This document shows positions 1-12,486 of a DNA stretch of 64,000 bases, piece after piece; positions within the stretch are counted from its first letter, which is position 1; every line of letters begins with the position of its first letter. The stretch covers positions 1,736,001 through 1,800,000 of the forward strand of contig CM102284.1 of NCBI GenBank assembly GCA_046563655.1. The letters are read 5' to 3'. Origin of the DNA: Yuukianura sp. NJ FZ-2021 (lineage: Eukaryota). A program made the position numbers and the translations under genes. The notes beneath the pieces were generated by a model. It was not told the DNA's origin and searched no databases. It was given only the letters and a program-made list of their open reading frames with translations.

Positions 1-33
1 ATGAGTATCTAATATTCAGTTTGATTTATAAAG

Positions 34-2309
34 CTATCACCGGAGGATTCCTATTACCCCAGAAGTATTTGTGCCACTTGTTTCTACAGGATGGAAGACA
101 CCATTTCCTTCTTCCAGCAGATCTTGATTGGGCAGCGGCAGTTAGTGGATGCTATTAACAAGAAGTCAGTGTTCAAAGAACAACCATCGTTGAAGTATGA
201 CACACAGAACGAAATGACGAAATTAGCCAGGCCTAGGGGACGTCCACGGAAAGACAAGTCGTTGATTGATAACAAGCCGAAAGTGAGCCCCGTGGAAGTG
301 AATCTAAGCCTTGACATGAACTCCTTATCCGTTGCAGCTAGAAAACAGAAAAGGTGTCCTAAGCCCCCTCAACGTTTTGGAGAATTGTACGTAAATCAAT
401 TTTCAAAGAATGCAAAAGAAGATACAGAAGACTTAGAAGAGAATGGTAACACTGACGCCCCTGCTAAACCAGAAGACACCCCCGTGAGAACTGGAACCAA
501 ACCGGTAAGTTGCTGTAAAGCATAAATCAGAAAAGTTTTCAGTGAAAAATTTTTCTGGGATCAGGATGTGAAGCGGTGTGTTTTTGGTAAAATCTTTTTA
601 CCGTTTAATTTTTTTGAATTCCAGGAAACAGTTTCTTTTGCCGCACGCGAGTTTACGACCGTAAGACGATTGGATTTCCAGTTGGATCTAAACAAACTGG
701 ACGTCCTCATGGATGGGGATGAGGAGACCGTGGCAGAAACAGTTGAAGTTGAAGTCGTGCAAGCACCAGTTTCTGTCGAAACCGAATTACAGTCAGAACC
801 ACAACCAGTACAAAACCCACCAGAATCGACCCCTCCCGAAACCGCTCTCGTTTCTCAAGAGGACACGGATGGATTGGACTTTGAGGAAGAAGTTAAAAAG
901 CGAAGACGACGGAAACGCCACCGTCGGAGAAGAGTTAATCTTAACGTTACTAAGCGTCATCCTTGTTCCTATGACCTTTGCTCCAAGGCCTTCACAACGA
1001 TCTCTGCTCGTCGATATCATATCGAACGCGAGCACGAACCCAAAATACGCCACTTCTGTCCTACATGCCAAAAGGGATTCACACACACCAGATTACTGAA
1101 GTACCACATTCAAACCCACGCACCTCAACCAACATTTTGCTGCAAACAGTGTCCAAAAGTTTTTAAATCTGCGTAAGTCTTTTTGTTTAAAACTATTTTT
1201 TGGTTCATGGTATGGTCTCCGACATTCTCAAAAGTTTTGAATTGTTCACTTCCTGCACTGCGTTTTTGATGTCTCTAAAGTTGAATAACCTTGGCGTTTT
1301 TTTTTAAAACCAGATCGAGCCTGTTTACGCATAGGAAAACATGTCACGCTGCAGTTGTAGAACGAATCCATTGCGAAGTTGAGAATTGTACGGAATCGTT
1401 CACGTTGAAATCTTCATTGAAAGCTCACATGCGCATTCACGAAGGTATTCGACCACACGTTTGTGCCGTTTGCGAAAAAGCGTTCACTCAGATGAGCAAT
1501 TTGAAAGCCCATGAGCGGATTCACAACGGACTTCGCCCGTTCCAGTGTTCAATGCCGGCTTGTTCGAAGTCGTTCAAAACGAGAACACAACTCAAAATCC
1601 ATGAAGGGTAATAAAAATAATAATACTAATAAATAATATAATAAAAATATATAATATAAGATATAATGTATAACAAATATAACACTATAAATCATGAGAT
1701 TTGATTAGGAACTTTGAGGTTACTGATCAACTATTTTTTTTTCTATAGATCTCATACAGAATCGAAGCCTCACCTTTGTCCAACTTGCGGGAAGGGATTC
1801 CGGACACAAAGCAGTTTCAGATCTCATATGTCTAGTCACATGGAGGTCAAAGCACATGGTTGTACTATCTGCGAGAAGAGGTCAGAAGTTATCGAATAGT
1901 GGATTGAGTATTTTTAGTATTCGGCAGTTTATGACAAGTTATGTTTGATTTCAGATTTTCGACTCCTCGGGCACTACGACTGCACACAGCGATTCACGGC
2001 CGAGCGGACGGGAGACCAAGTGTTCCCTCTGGACTGATCTGCTACTGCGGATTGGAATTCTCGAACCGCAAGACTCTTCTGACACACAGTCGTACTTGTA
2101 AACATGAATTAGTTGAGGACCAAGCAGAATCTACGCAAGACCAAGAAGGCATCGTGGTGGATGTTAGTGACGCAGAATTGGTCGATTACAGTTACGGGAT
2201 CAGTGTTCTGGAGACAGAAGAGGAGCAAATCATAGACTGCGCTCCGGAAGAAGAAGGCGATATCCAAAGTGAAGACGCTGGTATGAAATCCATTTTGATT
2301 TTAAAATGA
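34..2309 (+). CDS. ZAD-domain C2H2 zinc-finger transcription factor (5' end outside window; exons approx. 34-504, 625-1171, 1314-1608, 1750-1880, 1955-2309)
   Basis: The first visible exon reads LSPEDSYYPRSICATCFYRMEDTISFFQQI, like the C-terminal half of a zf-AD/ZAD domain. It is followed by an AT-hook (RPRGRPRK), a basic NLS-like KKRRRRKRHRRRR, and multiple C2H2 fingers with HEGIRPH/HNGLRPF linkers. GT-AG introns keep frame. Confidence 0.9.
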
Positions 2310-3712
2310 ATTAGTTTTCCATAAAGTAGCCTGATTGGTTGGATACCGTAGAACTTCTAATAATGGGTTTCTTTTAAACGCCTGGGGTAAAAATAGAGAG
2401 ATTTTGAATAAACTGAAACTCCCGGGTGTTTATTAGAAGTTTCACGGTAATCTAATTGAATTAGCTTTGATAGTTTTCAATTGATTGGTTTTAATTTGGT
2501 AATTCTTGTTTGAAATTCGCAGACTTTATTCAGATGGAGATTTACAATCCAGAAGGAATTGTAGGACTGGAAACAAGTACGGAACCTGTGCGCTACTACC
2601 TCAAAATCCCGCGTTGTCTCCTGGGATTGGTGGACGAAAATCTCATTGTTCAGGATACGGATAGTTGAAACGTCTAAATCTTCTTGTGGTAAAATTATTT
2701 TTTCATAACGCAATCATGAATTACTCGTTCAAACTCTATAATTAACTGATTAAGTACAAGTAACAAGTAGGCTAGAATCTTATAGCTTCCTTGTTGTAAT
2801 TCAAAGGAAGAATTCCATTAATTTTTGGTTTAGTATAATTCCATTCTTTGCACAAAGTAACTACTACTGATAAATAAGAATGGTCGACTATCTTCTTCAA
2901 GTTATGTTTTGATTCAATCCCACTTTGAATCTGCATCAAATGATTTTTCTCTTACGATTAGTGAAAAGTAGGTCATAATTTACAGAGTGATTTCGTTCAC
3001 TTTGTAATGCAACTCAAGAATGGCTAGTGTTGTATGCTTACGAGTGCGAATTTTTTGGTACAGTAATACTAACTTGAAAGCAGAAATTGGCGAGGGGTGG
3101 GTGATTTTTCCCAATTTCACCCTCTCTTCTCATCACTTTCACTAAAATTCGCAAATCCACCCCTTTTGCAGAAATGTCAAGTTAACTTTTCAAGTCATAC
3201 GTTACAGGAAACAGGAAAAAGTTAACATTAGTTAACTACTAAATTGTTGTGTAGAAGATTGTGTCACCTTTGCTCATTCTTACATGTACATAATGCGTAA
3301 CGTCGCTTGGTTAGTGACTTCGAAATTACTTGTTTTCTGATTAATCGGCGGGGCATTACGTGACTTAAATGTAAGTTTTGACGTTTAATTAAGTACAGTT
3401 GGAGTGTTAATTATCTGAAAGAACAATTTAAAAGCCCTTCCAGACTGTTTTTTATGTATCGGCCTCTCTGTGGCTTCCAAGAAATTAACAAAGTGAGTCA
3501 TCGGAATGAAATTGTGTGATAGAAGTGCCAGAAAACCGTTGCTCTCAGCAGACGAGAGACAGAGACGAAGGAGGGCAGATAACAAGAGAAAGCGGCAGTC
3601 TGGAACAGCTGACTTGGAGCTTGGGACACAATACGGAGGTGGCGACTTTGACAGCGACGGAGACGACGACATAGGTCACGACATCCGACCATCCAACACA
3701 CTATTCTCCATA

Positions 3713-6700
3713 ATGAACAAAATACTGCTACTGTTATGGAAGAACCTTCTGTTCCGACGTCGTCACTACATCGTCACTGCCCTCGAGGTCATCCTGCCTA
3801 CACTTATGGCCTTACTCATTGCGTACATCCGCACAGAAGCCCCATCGACAAACTCACTTGGGTCTATTGACATTGACGGCGACACTGTCTTTCCTGTGGT
3901 TACGGAAGAGGTTTGTTAATCATTAAACATGTATTTTTACCCTTACCGCAATTCTAACCTGATAAATTTCTAATGTTTACTATGATTTATTCAAGGTGTC
4001 GTTGACTCATGCTGGACGAATACTTTCCCATGAACGTTATGACGAGACTTCTAGTCACAACCGTCCAATTGTTGCCTTCACCCCTGACACTGCCTTAACA
4101 AGCAGAATTATGAACAAGGCCAAGGGATACATGGGAGAAAACGCCACATTCGGTAATGACAAAAATAAGTGTAGCGGATAAGAGCTTCTCGCGACGAGTT
4201 CAACACTCGAAAGTTTTTTTTCTTTTGTGGACGGGCTATTTCTGTCTCCTACAAATCGATTTTTGAGTCGGTTCAGGAGAAAGTGAAAATTTTTGTGTGT
4301 ATGCTAAGAATTTTTGCATATTCCTATTTCAGCATTCCAAGAATTCAAATTGAAAAAAATGACACATTCTTCAAATGACAAAAAAATTATGTTGTCGTAT
4401 TTTTTTCGTTTTCAGAGTTGAAGGGATTTGGGAGCGAGAACCAAGTGGAAATCTACATTGCACAATCCAGATTGAATGGATCTGAGAGCAGTGGGAGGCA
4501 GGTCAAGGCCGTGATTGTTTTCCTTCAAAATTGGCAGAATGTTCCTCAACCTGGAAACACCGTTGGGTACAAGATTCGTCTGGTGGATGTGTATGAGCTA
4601 AGCAACACCGATGTCCTCTTCCCCTTGTTTCAGCAACCTGGACCTGATCCAGGTAAGGAATTTTGTCATCATTTGTCGTTTTCGTTTGAAATACTAATCC
4701 ATTGTATTAAATTCCTCCCCTAATAGTCAATCTCGTCAACTACCAAAATTCCGGGTTCACTGGACTGCAAATTGCAATGGACAAAGCACTGTCGTGGATT
4801 TTGACTGGAAAAGAGTCGACACAAAAGGTACCTTTTGAAAAAAAATTCAGAAATGAAAATTATAGAGAATGAGAAACCAAAAGTTTTTAATTTTTTATTT
4901 TAACGTTCTTTTGTTCTCTAATCGTTCCTTTTCTTTGTGTTTAGATCAATACTCAAGGACTTCCTTACCCCCCACACACGCAATCCTTCAATTTCAACAT
5001 GATTTACTTCTGGATTCTCCCCAGATTCATGGTGCTTGGATTCATTTTTGTAGTGCCCTCGATAATTCGAAATGTTGTCTCAGAAAAAGAAACAGGAATT
5101 AAGGTTTGTATTGTACTATTTTTAGATTTTTCTTGTTAGCCGGACTAAGAGTGGGATTCCAGACTAGTGCTCACCTGTCACCCAGTGCACCCAAACACAG
5201 GTGGGCATAAAGTAAATTGACTTATTTCATAATTACTTTTAAAATTACTTAAAAATCTCCAAATTGCTTTTAAAATTATTAAATAAATTTAAATTAAATT
5301 TTATTAATATGAAATAATATTTTTTAATGTTTTTTTTAGTTGTATTTTTTTTTTGGACAAAAAAGACATTTAAAAAAATTATTTCATATTAATAAAATTT
5401 AATTTAAATTTATTTAATAATTTTAAAACTAATTTGGAGATTTTTAAGTAATTTTAAAAGCAATTATGAAATAAGTCAATTTACTTTATGCCCACCTGTG
5501 TTTGGGTGCACTGGGTGACAGGTGAGCACTAGGCTGGAATCCCACTCTTAGTCCGGCTAACAAGAAAAATCTAAAAATAGTACTTGGATTATTTTTTGCA
5601 AAATTGCAAAAATTTTCAATGTTGAAAACTTTGCCGTTTTGCATAGACGGATGAAGAAGAAATGTTTATGTTCAGATGTCATTTTTGTTTATGTAAACAG
5701 GAGTTGATGAAGATGATGGGACTTCCGAACTGGATGCATTGGCTGGGGTGGATGCTAAACTCTCTGATTCTTCTCAGCATAACAATCTCTATCGTCATCT
5801 TCCTTCTTTTCGTGCCCTTTGACTCCGCCAAGGGAGCTGTCATTGTTTATAGTAATTGGACACTCTGGTGGGTCGTCTTCTTTCTGTTTATAATGGCCAC
5901 CACTGCATTTTGTTTCCTCATGTCCACCTTCTTTCAAAAACGTAAGCAAAACTCGGCTATTCAGAAATTCTTGTTGAATGTTGTAACTTTATGAATGCCT
6001 ACTTTAATTTCAGCTACGCTGGCTACAACTTTTGGAATTGTGATTTTTCTTGTGACGTACTTTGGGCCTATTGAGTCACTGGAGCAAAAGTACCAGCTAC
6101 TGACTCTTAGCCAGAAACTGTTTCCAGCTCTCTTCCCGAATGTTGCGCTTCACTGGGCCATCAAGGTCATGTGCGGCTTTGAAGGCAAAGGTAAGCCACT
6201 CTCTGTATACTTCGAATCGAACTGTCGATTAATTAGTTTTGAATTAACTGACCACGGTTCGCCTTCGTACCTAAATAAATACGAAATTCATCTTTTGTTT
6301 TTAGCTGTGGGAGCACGTTGGACCAATTTATTTGAAGGAGTGAGCTCCGCTGATGAAATGTGCCTCGGATACATATGCATGGTGCTTATTTTCGAAACAT
6401 TTTTGTTCATGGTACTTACGATCTACTTTGAGAATGTCATTCCATCCGAATACGGACTCCGTCGACCATGGTACTACATTTTTGAGGTAGAAAAAAAAGT
6501 TTCTTTTACGAAAAAAAATTTTTATTACTATTTCGCCTGAAACAAGACAGTTTACAAATCGTTTTTTTTTTCAAGTTTGCAAAATTCCGTAATCGGCGTA
6601 AATCTAGTACCACCATTTCCTCACCTCTTGGTGACGGCGGTGGATTTGAGTCCGAACCGGCAGGCCTTCGAGCAGGCGTCGTGATACAGAATTTGAAGAA

Positions 6701-9700
6701 GGAGTTCGGCAGGAACAAAGTTGCAGTGGACATGAGAGGCACTTTGAAAATGTACGATGGACAAATCACAGCACTTCTGGGTCACAACGGAGCGGGAAAA
6801 ACCACAACTCTATCCATCCTTACAGGTAACCTAAATGTTACCATGAATAAGAAAATCTTGTAGAAATATTCGGTGTTTTTAGTTATTTTTTGAACTTTAA
6901 GAACCCAAATCATAAATCAATACATTTTTTCAGGATTGTTTGCCCCTACAAGTGGAACTGCTACTATCAATGGATTTGATATAAGGGAGGACATGGACAA
7001 AGTTCGGATGGATCTTGGTCTCTGTCCGCAGCACAACATGCTCTTTGCAAAACTGACAGTGGAAGAGCATCTCATCTTCTTTGGAATTGTAAGTAGAATT
7101 TGAAAGCAAAATCATATATATTGTAATTTGTACCTGTCATGCCAGTGATGCATTGTATCATCGTTTACTTTGAATGTAGTTGAAGGGTTTGACACGCTCT
7201 CAAGCCAACGCAGAGTTGAAGACGTTGTTGGAGAAGTTGCACTTGAGTGACAAGACTAGATCTTTGGCGGAGGCTCTCTCTGGTGGACAGAAGCGGAAAC
7301 TGTGTTTGGGCATGGCGCTGATTGGTGGCACGAAAGTCGTAGTTTTGGACGAACCTACTTCGGGAATGGATCCAGAGACACGTCGAGCTATCTGGGATTT
7401 ATTGCTGGTAAAATACTTTGAAAATTTGAAAAATTTACACAGTAGTTTTCATCGTTTTCATTTTTTTTTCAACTTTGTGCTTCTTTGTGCAGGGAATGCG
7501 AGGCGAGAAAACAATCATATTGACTACTCATTTCATGGAGGAGGCAGACGTGTTGGGTGATCGAATTGCAATCATGGCAGAGGGAAAAGTCAAATGCTGC
7601 GGCACACCAAACTTTCTCAAGAAATTCTACGGTGAGATAATTTCTTGACGGGCGTCTCTTAACTAGAAATAATTTTGAACTGAATTACAATTTAGAAACT
7701 GTGTTTTTGTTTTTGCCGTGACTTAGGCGTGGGATACACATTGAAGTTTACTGTAGCGGATCCCTCAGTTGTAACGAATATTTTGGAGTTGATTCAACAC
7801 GCAATTCCAGCAGCATCACTCAAGAAATCACAAAGTGGAAATGCTGCCGAGGTGGATGTGACTATTCCAAACGACGGAAATCCTAATGCAGCGTTTCCAG
7901 AACTCTTCTTGGCGCTGGATGAAGTGCGGGAGGTCCTTGGAATTCGGACTATCGGCGTCTCGCTTGCTACGATGGACGACATATTCGTCAAGTGGGTTCA
8001 CTCTAACTTCAACATTCTTTGCTTTGGAATTTTGAACTTCAAAATTGCTAGCATTTTAATTTACTTCTAAGTTTTGCTAAATTTTAGGGTAGGAGAGGAA
8101 TGCGGAATTGAAGAGAGTGCATTCCCAGTTGAGGTAGAAGTAAAGGACGGTCGCCCTGCTAAAAACGGATCAACGAATGGAATTGGAAATAGTAAGGAAA
8201 ACAAAAATTATTATTATTCTAAAAAAAATTAGTATTTGTAAGTTGAAAAGTGAATTTGTTATTTTCTAGAACTGGATGACCAGGAGAGGCTGGTGGGTTT
8301 GAAGTTGTTTTGCCAGCAATTCAACGGTATTTTCCGAAAACGAATGATCTCTACTCTGAGGAAACGGAAACTGTGTCTCAGTCAGTTTCTGATGCCACTG
8401 GGTCTTCTCATCCTGTGTATTTATTTGAGCAACACGAGCTTCTCTCCTGACCATAGCGCTCCACCATTAACGATGGATCTCGACGTTTACAAAAAACCTT
8501 TGACGTATTTTAGCGCCTCATCTCAAGTAAATCAACCAACATTTGAAACTGCTTTGAAAATTGTAAACAAAGTTAACAAATGTGTTCTATTTGGTAGGAG
8601 CTGAGAAATTCTTACGCAGCAGTGGTGGGCAAGTCAGCAGTTTTAGTGGACAATGTAACCAGTGCTTTGCTGGAAATGGGGAAAAAAGACATAGGAGCCT
8701 ACCGTGAGAAGTGCATCGTTGCAGCAGAGTTGGACGACACTGTGGCCGATCCGAACAGTGTTACCGCCCTCTTCTCAACGATTCCGTACCATGCTTCTCC
8801 GCTGAGCGTCAATTTGATGTCCAACACCATTCTAAGAACAATGGACGCCTCTAAGCAGTACAGCATCCAAGTGACGACGCATCCATTGGAGAGTGGACTC
8901 CACACTGTGAGTGACCAACTTAGAAAGAAACGATAATGGGCATAAACTGAACATTTTTCTATGCTGTTTCTTTGTGTAGCTTTTGGAAGCAGCCAATGAG
9001 AACCCTGTTTTCGCAACGGTGGTGCCAGTATTGTTTGGAGTGTTGCTTCCCATTGGTCTCGCTCTCTTGGCAGCTTCTTTCATCGTGTCTCCTGTGGAGG
9101 AAAAGCTATGCAAAGTAATTTTGAACAACTTTTTTGAACCAGTTGTTTTTTGTTTTCAGAATTTGAGTTGTTGCTTGTCAAAAATTTTGAAGTGGATTTT
9201 TATTGTGGACTTGTAGGCTAAACAGATCCAACTGATGACTGGTGTGAGCCCTGTTGTGTTTTGGGCAGCTTCTCTCCTTTGGGATTTCTGTCTCATGTTC
9301 ATTGTGATTTGTGTCATGCTAATATGCTTTCCCATTTTCCAAAACTACGGAGTCTTTACGGCCTACCACGGTGCAGGTACTATCACCCAATAAATTAATT
9401 ACCACATGCGAAGTTTTTGCAAAATTCAATCGTTGTTTTTGAATTCGTTTTTCAATTTCAGGAGTAATGTTTTTGATTCTGCTGCTCTACGGCTTTGGAG
9501 CCATCGCCTTCTCATACTTCTGCAGCACTTTTGTCGGAACTGTTGCTGGCGGCTTCTCCCTCGTTGCAACCGTCCACATTCTCACTGGTGAGCTCTCATT
9601 TTCTAAATTCTTCCATTTTTTGAGTTTTGTCAGCATTTCGGCTGGTAGAGTTGATTGTTGATATTTCGTGTTTTAGGAATACTGCTTTCTCTGACGGTGT

Positions 9701-11956
9701 ATCTGTTGGAGTCGTTTGGAATGGGGGATAAAGTCGCGATTGCACGGACAGTTGGGAGGTTTTTCCCCACATTCAGTGCATCTGTGGCCATCATGCGGTT
9801 TACCTCCACTGCCACAAAAAACAGTCGTTGCAACATTCTCTCTGACGACATCAAGAATCTCATTTGTCAACCTAACGTCGACGTCCAACCGGAACAGCGA
9901 CAGTGTTGCCGTGAGTATCATTTAATAGTACCTATTGCATTACTCGTTTCGGGAATGAATAATTCATAAATATAAAACATAAATTATTTGTTTATTATTA
10001 TTATTTTTTTTTGTAAAGCGAATTGTCTGGATTTTGTCAACCCACATGGAGCAAGTTGCTTTGAACCACAAGCATATTTGAAATGGTCATCGTATGCTCA
10101 TGGTGCTTTTTCGCCGGAAGACAAGGAAATACCTGGTATAGGGCAGGATCTGTTCTACCTTCTTCTGGCTGGTCTCTTTTACACTATTCTTCTCCTGATT
10201 ATCGAGTACGGTCTCGTCCGACGACTTGTGGCTCTCATTTTCAAATCTGATCCGGCACCATTTGCAAAGAACAGTCCCAGCGATGAGGATGTGTTGCTGG
10301 AAAAGCAACGAGCTACGGCTCTTGTCAGTACAAGTAAGATGAAACTTGTGGGATTTAATTTTAGTTTTAGTTATGCTTATGTATATTTTTCAAAGTGAAA
10401 AGGCGCTAGCCCCACTTGTCATGGTCTGGCAAGTGGTAGGTGGTCGGGAGGTTCTTTCTTATTCTATTAGACGCATTAGATCTTAATTAGGGTTTTGTTT
10501 TACATTTAGGCCACACGGATGAGGATGCATTGGTGGTTGACAATTTTTGCAAGAGCTTCGGATCGTTTGCCGCTGTATCTGGACTGAGTTTCGGCGTCCA
10601 TCACGGGGAGTGCTTCGGACTGGTGAGCACTATAATATAAGTATAAATAAAAAATTATATTGGATTTGGTCTTAGCTGGGTGTGAACGGAGCCGGGAAGA
10701 CGACGACGTTCCGGATGCTGACAGGAGACGAGTTTCGATCGTTTGGAAACGCCTACAGCAATGGTCTCAATTTAGAGAGTGGCCGTGCTAAGTTTCTGTC
10801 GCAGATCGGCTACTGTCCACAGTTTGACGGAATCATTGGAGTTCTCACTGGCAAGGAAATGGTGGACCTCTTTGCACGTCTGCGTGGAATTCCGCCGGCA
10901 CGCGTTCCAGATGAAACGAACAAATGGTTGACTAGACTTGGTCTTCAGGAAAGCAACAATGTCCAGTGTCAGAAATATAGCGGCGGAATGAAACGACGGT
11001 AAGCATAGGTTTTAATACTTTAATAATAATTTATTTTATAATATTATTTATATTACTGTAAATTTTAACAACCTACAGATTGTGTGCTGCGATCGCTTTG
11101 GTGGGAGACTCTCCGATTATTCTTCTGGATGAACCTGTGAGTTGAAGCTGACATTTAAAAACTTACTTTTTACTTTTGTGTTATACTTTTACTAACATTT
11201 TTTTTTCTTTTTAGACGAGTGGTGTTGACCCTATTGCTCGTCGTCAGTTTTGGAAGGTCATTGACTCGGTTCGAGAAACCGGTCAGGCTGTCATTCTTAC
11301 ATCGCACAGGTAAGCGTGCGCTTTAAGAAATAAGTAAAAGTTAATAATTAAAATTCAAAAAGCATGGTTATCTGGACTGATTTTTTCCCGTTTAGCATGG
11401 AAGAATGTGAAGCTCTTTGTTCCAGACTTGGAATTATGGTCAATGGACAGTTTCAGTGTTTTGGAGGAGTCCAGCACCTCAAAGCCAAGTTCGCACAGGG
11501 CTATCGACTCGTCATTACGCTAACTGAATGCTTCCAAGAGGAGCAAGTGGACGTGCTTTCGGGAAAAATCAGTGTTACCTTTGGACAATGTGTGCTGCGC
11601 GAGAGACACCAGGTAGACTAATATAAAATTTTGCATTATGCATGACTTAATTAATATTAGCTAACAATAAGGTGACTAATTCTGTCAATAAGTGTGTCGC
11701 ATACTGAACGTTAACGTTGTTTTAGCGGATGCTGGAGTTTCAAGTGGTGGAGCAAGGGTTGGGGTGGGGAGAAATGTTTCGGCGCATGGAAACTTTGAAG
11801 GCAGCATTCGGAACGTTGGTAGACGACTACTCCATTACGGAGACGACGCTGGAAGAAGTATTTTTGTCGTTTGCACGCATGCAGTACCCGGAGAGAGCAG
11901 TGGACGTGTCGTGTTTCAAGAAGTTTGTGACATGTCAGTGTCACTGCTGCGCTTAA
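3713..11956 (+). CDS. ABCA: ABC transporter subfamily A, full transporter, paralog 1 (multi-exon; possible in-frame upstream ATG at 3506)
   Basis: N-terminus [18 protein letters not shown] (ABCA LLWKN motif); [19 protein letters not shown]1 GHNGAGKTT / LSGGQKRK / [13 protein letters not shown]2 GVNGAGKTT / YSGGMKRR / LDEP; C-terminal TTLEEVFL. Stop TAA at 11954-11956. Confidence 0.95.
5113..5583. mobile_element. Foldback/MITE-like long inverted repeat in an ABCA paralog 1 intron
   Basis: About 215-bp arms are near-perfect reverse complements (gtactatttttagatttttcttgttagccggactaagagtggga... / ...tcccactcttagtccggctaacaagaaaaatctaaaaatagtac). It is bounded by GTAC on both sides and is absent from the same intron in paralogs 2-4. 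Confidence 0.85.
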
Positions 11957-12486
11957 ACAGTATTATAATTACTTTGAGTTAGTAGTTTCATACATGAGCT
12001 GTGATATATTTACTCGGTTAAATTAGTCAAAGATCTGCTATTCACGTTCCAATTAATCTTTATTTATATGAATTGTTTACTGATCTTATTGCTTTGTGCG
12101 GTTGCTTCTATAAAAATTTGCTGTAATTTCGGAATTGTTTTATTTCAAACTTTTCTATTACGAATTCTATACAAATCTATTTTATTTCATTACAAACTTA
12201 ACAAAAACTCTGCTATCCGCGTAGAAAAAAATTCAGATAGAATTGTTCGCCGTCTCTGCGCTGAGGCTGGATTACTGATCCAATTTCGTCGTTTTGGAAA
12301 TTGGATTCGTTGCCAAGCCAAGTGAACAAGCTTGTCTCTAGTATTATTTTTATTGACTTTAACATGTTCTCATACTAAGATTTTGTAAGGTGGGCTCATT
12401 TTAGGAGCGGACGATGACTGTCACTCGTGTGACATTTTGGAAGTAGTGTGGCATAGACTGTGGACAGTGACGACCGAGTTACCAAA

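Noticed and set aside
2477-2960. Minus-strand 78-aa ORF (MRYEKIILPQ...) and upstream coding-looking sequence
   Set aside because: It starts at TTG, upstream frames are interrupted by stops, and I could not build a spliced model or recognise a domain. At most a decayed fragment.
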